Positions 60,824 to 64,000 of a DNA stretch of 64,000 nt are shown here, piece by piece. This stretch comes from the human T2T-CHM13v2.0 reference genome, Homo sapiens. Each line of letters begins with the position of its first letter. Position 1 is the stretch's first letter. The notes under the pieces were generated by a model. That model saw only the letters and a program-made list of their open reading frames with translations. It was not told the origin of the DNA and did no database searches. The stretch lies in assembly GCF_009914755.1 (NCBI RefSeq), contig NC_060927.1; one strand, written 5' to 3'. The position numbers and the translations under genes were made by a program.

Positions 60824-63169
60824 AAATTATGTTCTTAGTCAAAAGGTTGTTTGTAGGAAAGACCAACATTCTTCTTTAAACCAGTGCTCAGAAAGTATCA
60901 TCCTCACAGTTTAGTGATACAATCCAGCCTACCTAGGGAAAGATCAAGATAAAGAACTCAAGAATTAGGACATCATACCATAAAGAGATACTAGGAAGAA
61001 ATGGAAACTAGTTAAACCTACAATAAAGTCTTAAGAACTGTCGTGAATCTAAGCACAAAACAAAATAAATTTCAAAAATAAGTCTTGAAGAAAAGTTAAT
61101 AATGTAAAACAACAATAATAAGTTAGGTCTATATCCCAGATTACTTCAATCAAAATTGTGAAGTGGGATGAGACAGTCCGGACAATAAAAGCCTGCAAGG
61201 TTTCTCATTACACACAGACAGTAGTTAATAGATACAGTTACGTTATTGGCTTTGATAAACAGAGATAAAATTATTTCAAAATGCTTTTAATAACAAAAAG
61301 ATAATCGCTGAAAGAAAATATGTAATTATATTTTCCAAACTACTACAGAAATAAGAGCTGAGAAAATATAGTTAATGGGAAAACAACCAGATATCAAAAC
61401 CATCATGCAATATTATCCTGTTCTATTATATGTATGCATAATATGTATAGAAAAATTAAAAAATGAAACACTCCCAAATTGTAACAGTGCGTCTCTAACA
61501 GGTTAGAATTATCAGGTTTGTGGTTTGTTTTCTTATTAATGTGTTTCAATTTTTTCTAAATATCCTACAATCAGAATGCTCTTTTTATAATTTAAAAAAA
61601 ATCAATAAATATTACATTTTTAAGTTATCCCCTTTATCTTCTATGCATTTTCATAGTGCTTATTTGATACAAAGAATAAAAGTCGAGTTTCTTAATGTGC
61701 TAATCTTAGCAATTATAGGATTTTTTAAAGTCCAATCTGACATAATTTTAGAGACTAAACACCTACGAATACTATAAAGGTGTTTCTATTAATATTTTTA
61801 ATAAGTCACTTCCTGGAAGTAACATGTTCATGTAAAATCTTGCCAAAAACAAGAATATTAAAGTATGTTCTGCATGAAGAAGAAATCTACATCACAAGTA
61901 CATTAGAAGCACTTTTTAGGAAGTAGAAAATATGAAACCAGAAAAACTCGGTAAAATGTGCTTGCAACTATAAATTCTGTAATTAGTTTGCTCTACAAGG
62001 AAGATACTAGGAGACACCAGTTGGAGATACTAGTTGACATCCTCGATTTGCTTTTTATTCAGTCAAAACATAAAAGCATGCATTACTCATGGCCAGATTA
62101 TAGTCTAAAAGTATTTTCATCTAACTATCCAATTTTGAGTGAAAAAAAGAAACCAACACAAAATCATGTTGTCCTTTAATTTCACTTTAGGCATTCCTTC
62201 CTTTTGCCCCAGCACAAAATTCAGGATTGTGTTTATTCCGTGAGGGTACTAATGGAGTCACATTAATGATCCAAACCCAAATTCTATGGGCCCTCACTCA
62301 CCCCGCCTGCATCTGCAGGACCTCAGTTGCCTGTGCCCCTCATGTAGGTCGAGTTGGCCTTGGAGAGGTGTGGTATGTGCTCATGAAGCGCTCTCCCTCT
62401 GCTTGTGCTACTCCTGTTGTGTCATTATCCACTGGACCGCCACTGCAGGCTGCCGTATCTGTGGGTCCCACTGTCTCCGTGATAGCAGAGGCAACAAAGC
62501 CATTTATGTCAAGAGCTAAAAGTTGCAAGATGTTGTACTGGGAAGTGGGCGAGAATGCTTCGTTCCTCTCTTGCCATTGTACAGCCAGCCAGTTCTGCTT
62601 CAGCACGGCAAATGAAGCTGCTCTTGGTTTTTCTTTCTGATAGCCCTGAGCTTTCTCTCTCTCTCTGTGGTATCAAAGATCATTCCAGTGGGATTTGGGC
62701 TTGGAGTTAAATCTAAGTGATTTAACAGCCACATGCTAAACTCGGAACTGTCCCTCCCCTCCAAAGTCTAAAGTTTCTTATTGCCGACTCTTTTTTTCCC
62801 TTACAGTGAGGTCTCTCCCACAACACCTCTCAGCCCATCTCCAAGTTGTTTTCTGGTAGGTTCTGTCTACTTAGACTCAAACTGGAGCTTCTGTTGAACT
62901 CATATTGTCCAAAGAGACCAAATTCTCCAAACAAAGGAATGTTTAATAAGCTTTGCATTGAATCAAGATTACTTTAATGTGTTTGCTGTAAGTAAATATA
63001 AATCTGTTCTTTTAAAAATAACACATTATTAAGCCACTGATTCAATCATCAGCAGGCTCAAGAGGTTAAGTGGAATCAGCTAAGGCAATTGATAGCACCA
63101 TAGATCTCTTTTATATGAGAGTAATTCAGGAGAAGTTCTCATTAAGCATCAAGGAGAAAAAGTTATTAT

Positions 63170-63470
<301 letters not shown>

Positions 63471-64000
63471 AGAAAAAGTTATTACTGAGGAACAAGTTTG
63501 AAAACTGTTCCAGAAAGATGCTCAGTTGGAGAGAATTTGTAAAAATAACAATCACACCATTTGAAGTAAAAGTTGTTTCCTTCTAGAAAAGTTTTGCTTC
63601 AGAAGGAGAGCCCATTCAGGAAATAAAAGCATTGGCTACCATGGAAATTTAGGGATGGGCAAGCCACAGATATTCAAGACCTTGTGAGGCTGCAGGATCC
63701 TGTCAATCTTTAAGTGATGATGCAGTGTGAATATCTTAGTATGGAAAGACTATGGGGAATTTGATTAATAGAAGACAACTGAAAAACGCTGTGGTTAAGA
63801 GAGAACAGTGCTATTTTTCTTAAATCCACATACTTCACAATGTTTCTTTTGTTTGTGTAGGCATTTGTTAACCAACAGCTTCCTTTACCATTTCCAGGGG
63901 GTTTTCTAGTTTGGTTTGTTCTCTGTGTTGGTACTCATATATTTATATTGATAACAACCAGTAACTAGCCACATTACTAAAGTACATTTTAAGCCCAGCA

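Noticed and set aside
62227-62640. 137-aa ORF (+) and overlapping 77-aa and 88-aa ORFs
   Set aside because: The longest ORF starts at TTG and none resembles a known domain. No support as a CDS.

Overview
Primate, most likely human, nuclear genomic DNA that is intergenic or intronic. It is dominated by interspersed repeats: about 22 Alu/FAM copies, a near-full-length decayed L1PB1 nested in L1MA and HAL1, a solo LTR12 (ERV9), MaLR/ERVL solo LTRs, MER DNA transposons, L2 and MIR. I find no intact protein-coding gene, tRNA, rRNA or CRISPR array. The ORF track is almost entirely repeat-derived or chance, and the only real coding remnants are broken L1 ORF1/ORF2. I cannot name the locus. Subfamily calls come from remembered consensus sequences, not a RepeatMasker run, and boundaries of old elements are approximate. 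The non-routine signals are these. (1) A CpG-enriched, YY1/E2F/E-box promoter-like island at about 30.6-30.9 kb has outward-facing splice donors and candidate exons on both strands, suggesting a possible divergent lncRNA pair. (2) Several locally templated insertions and duplications occur, including a 67-bp and a 34-bp copy from about 1 kb away and a duplication-plus-hairpin cluster at 22.5 kb. (3) A compound microsatellite is self-complementary. (4) There is a candidate L1PB1 3' transduction. I do not see evidence for a new biological system; these are testable curiosities.
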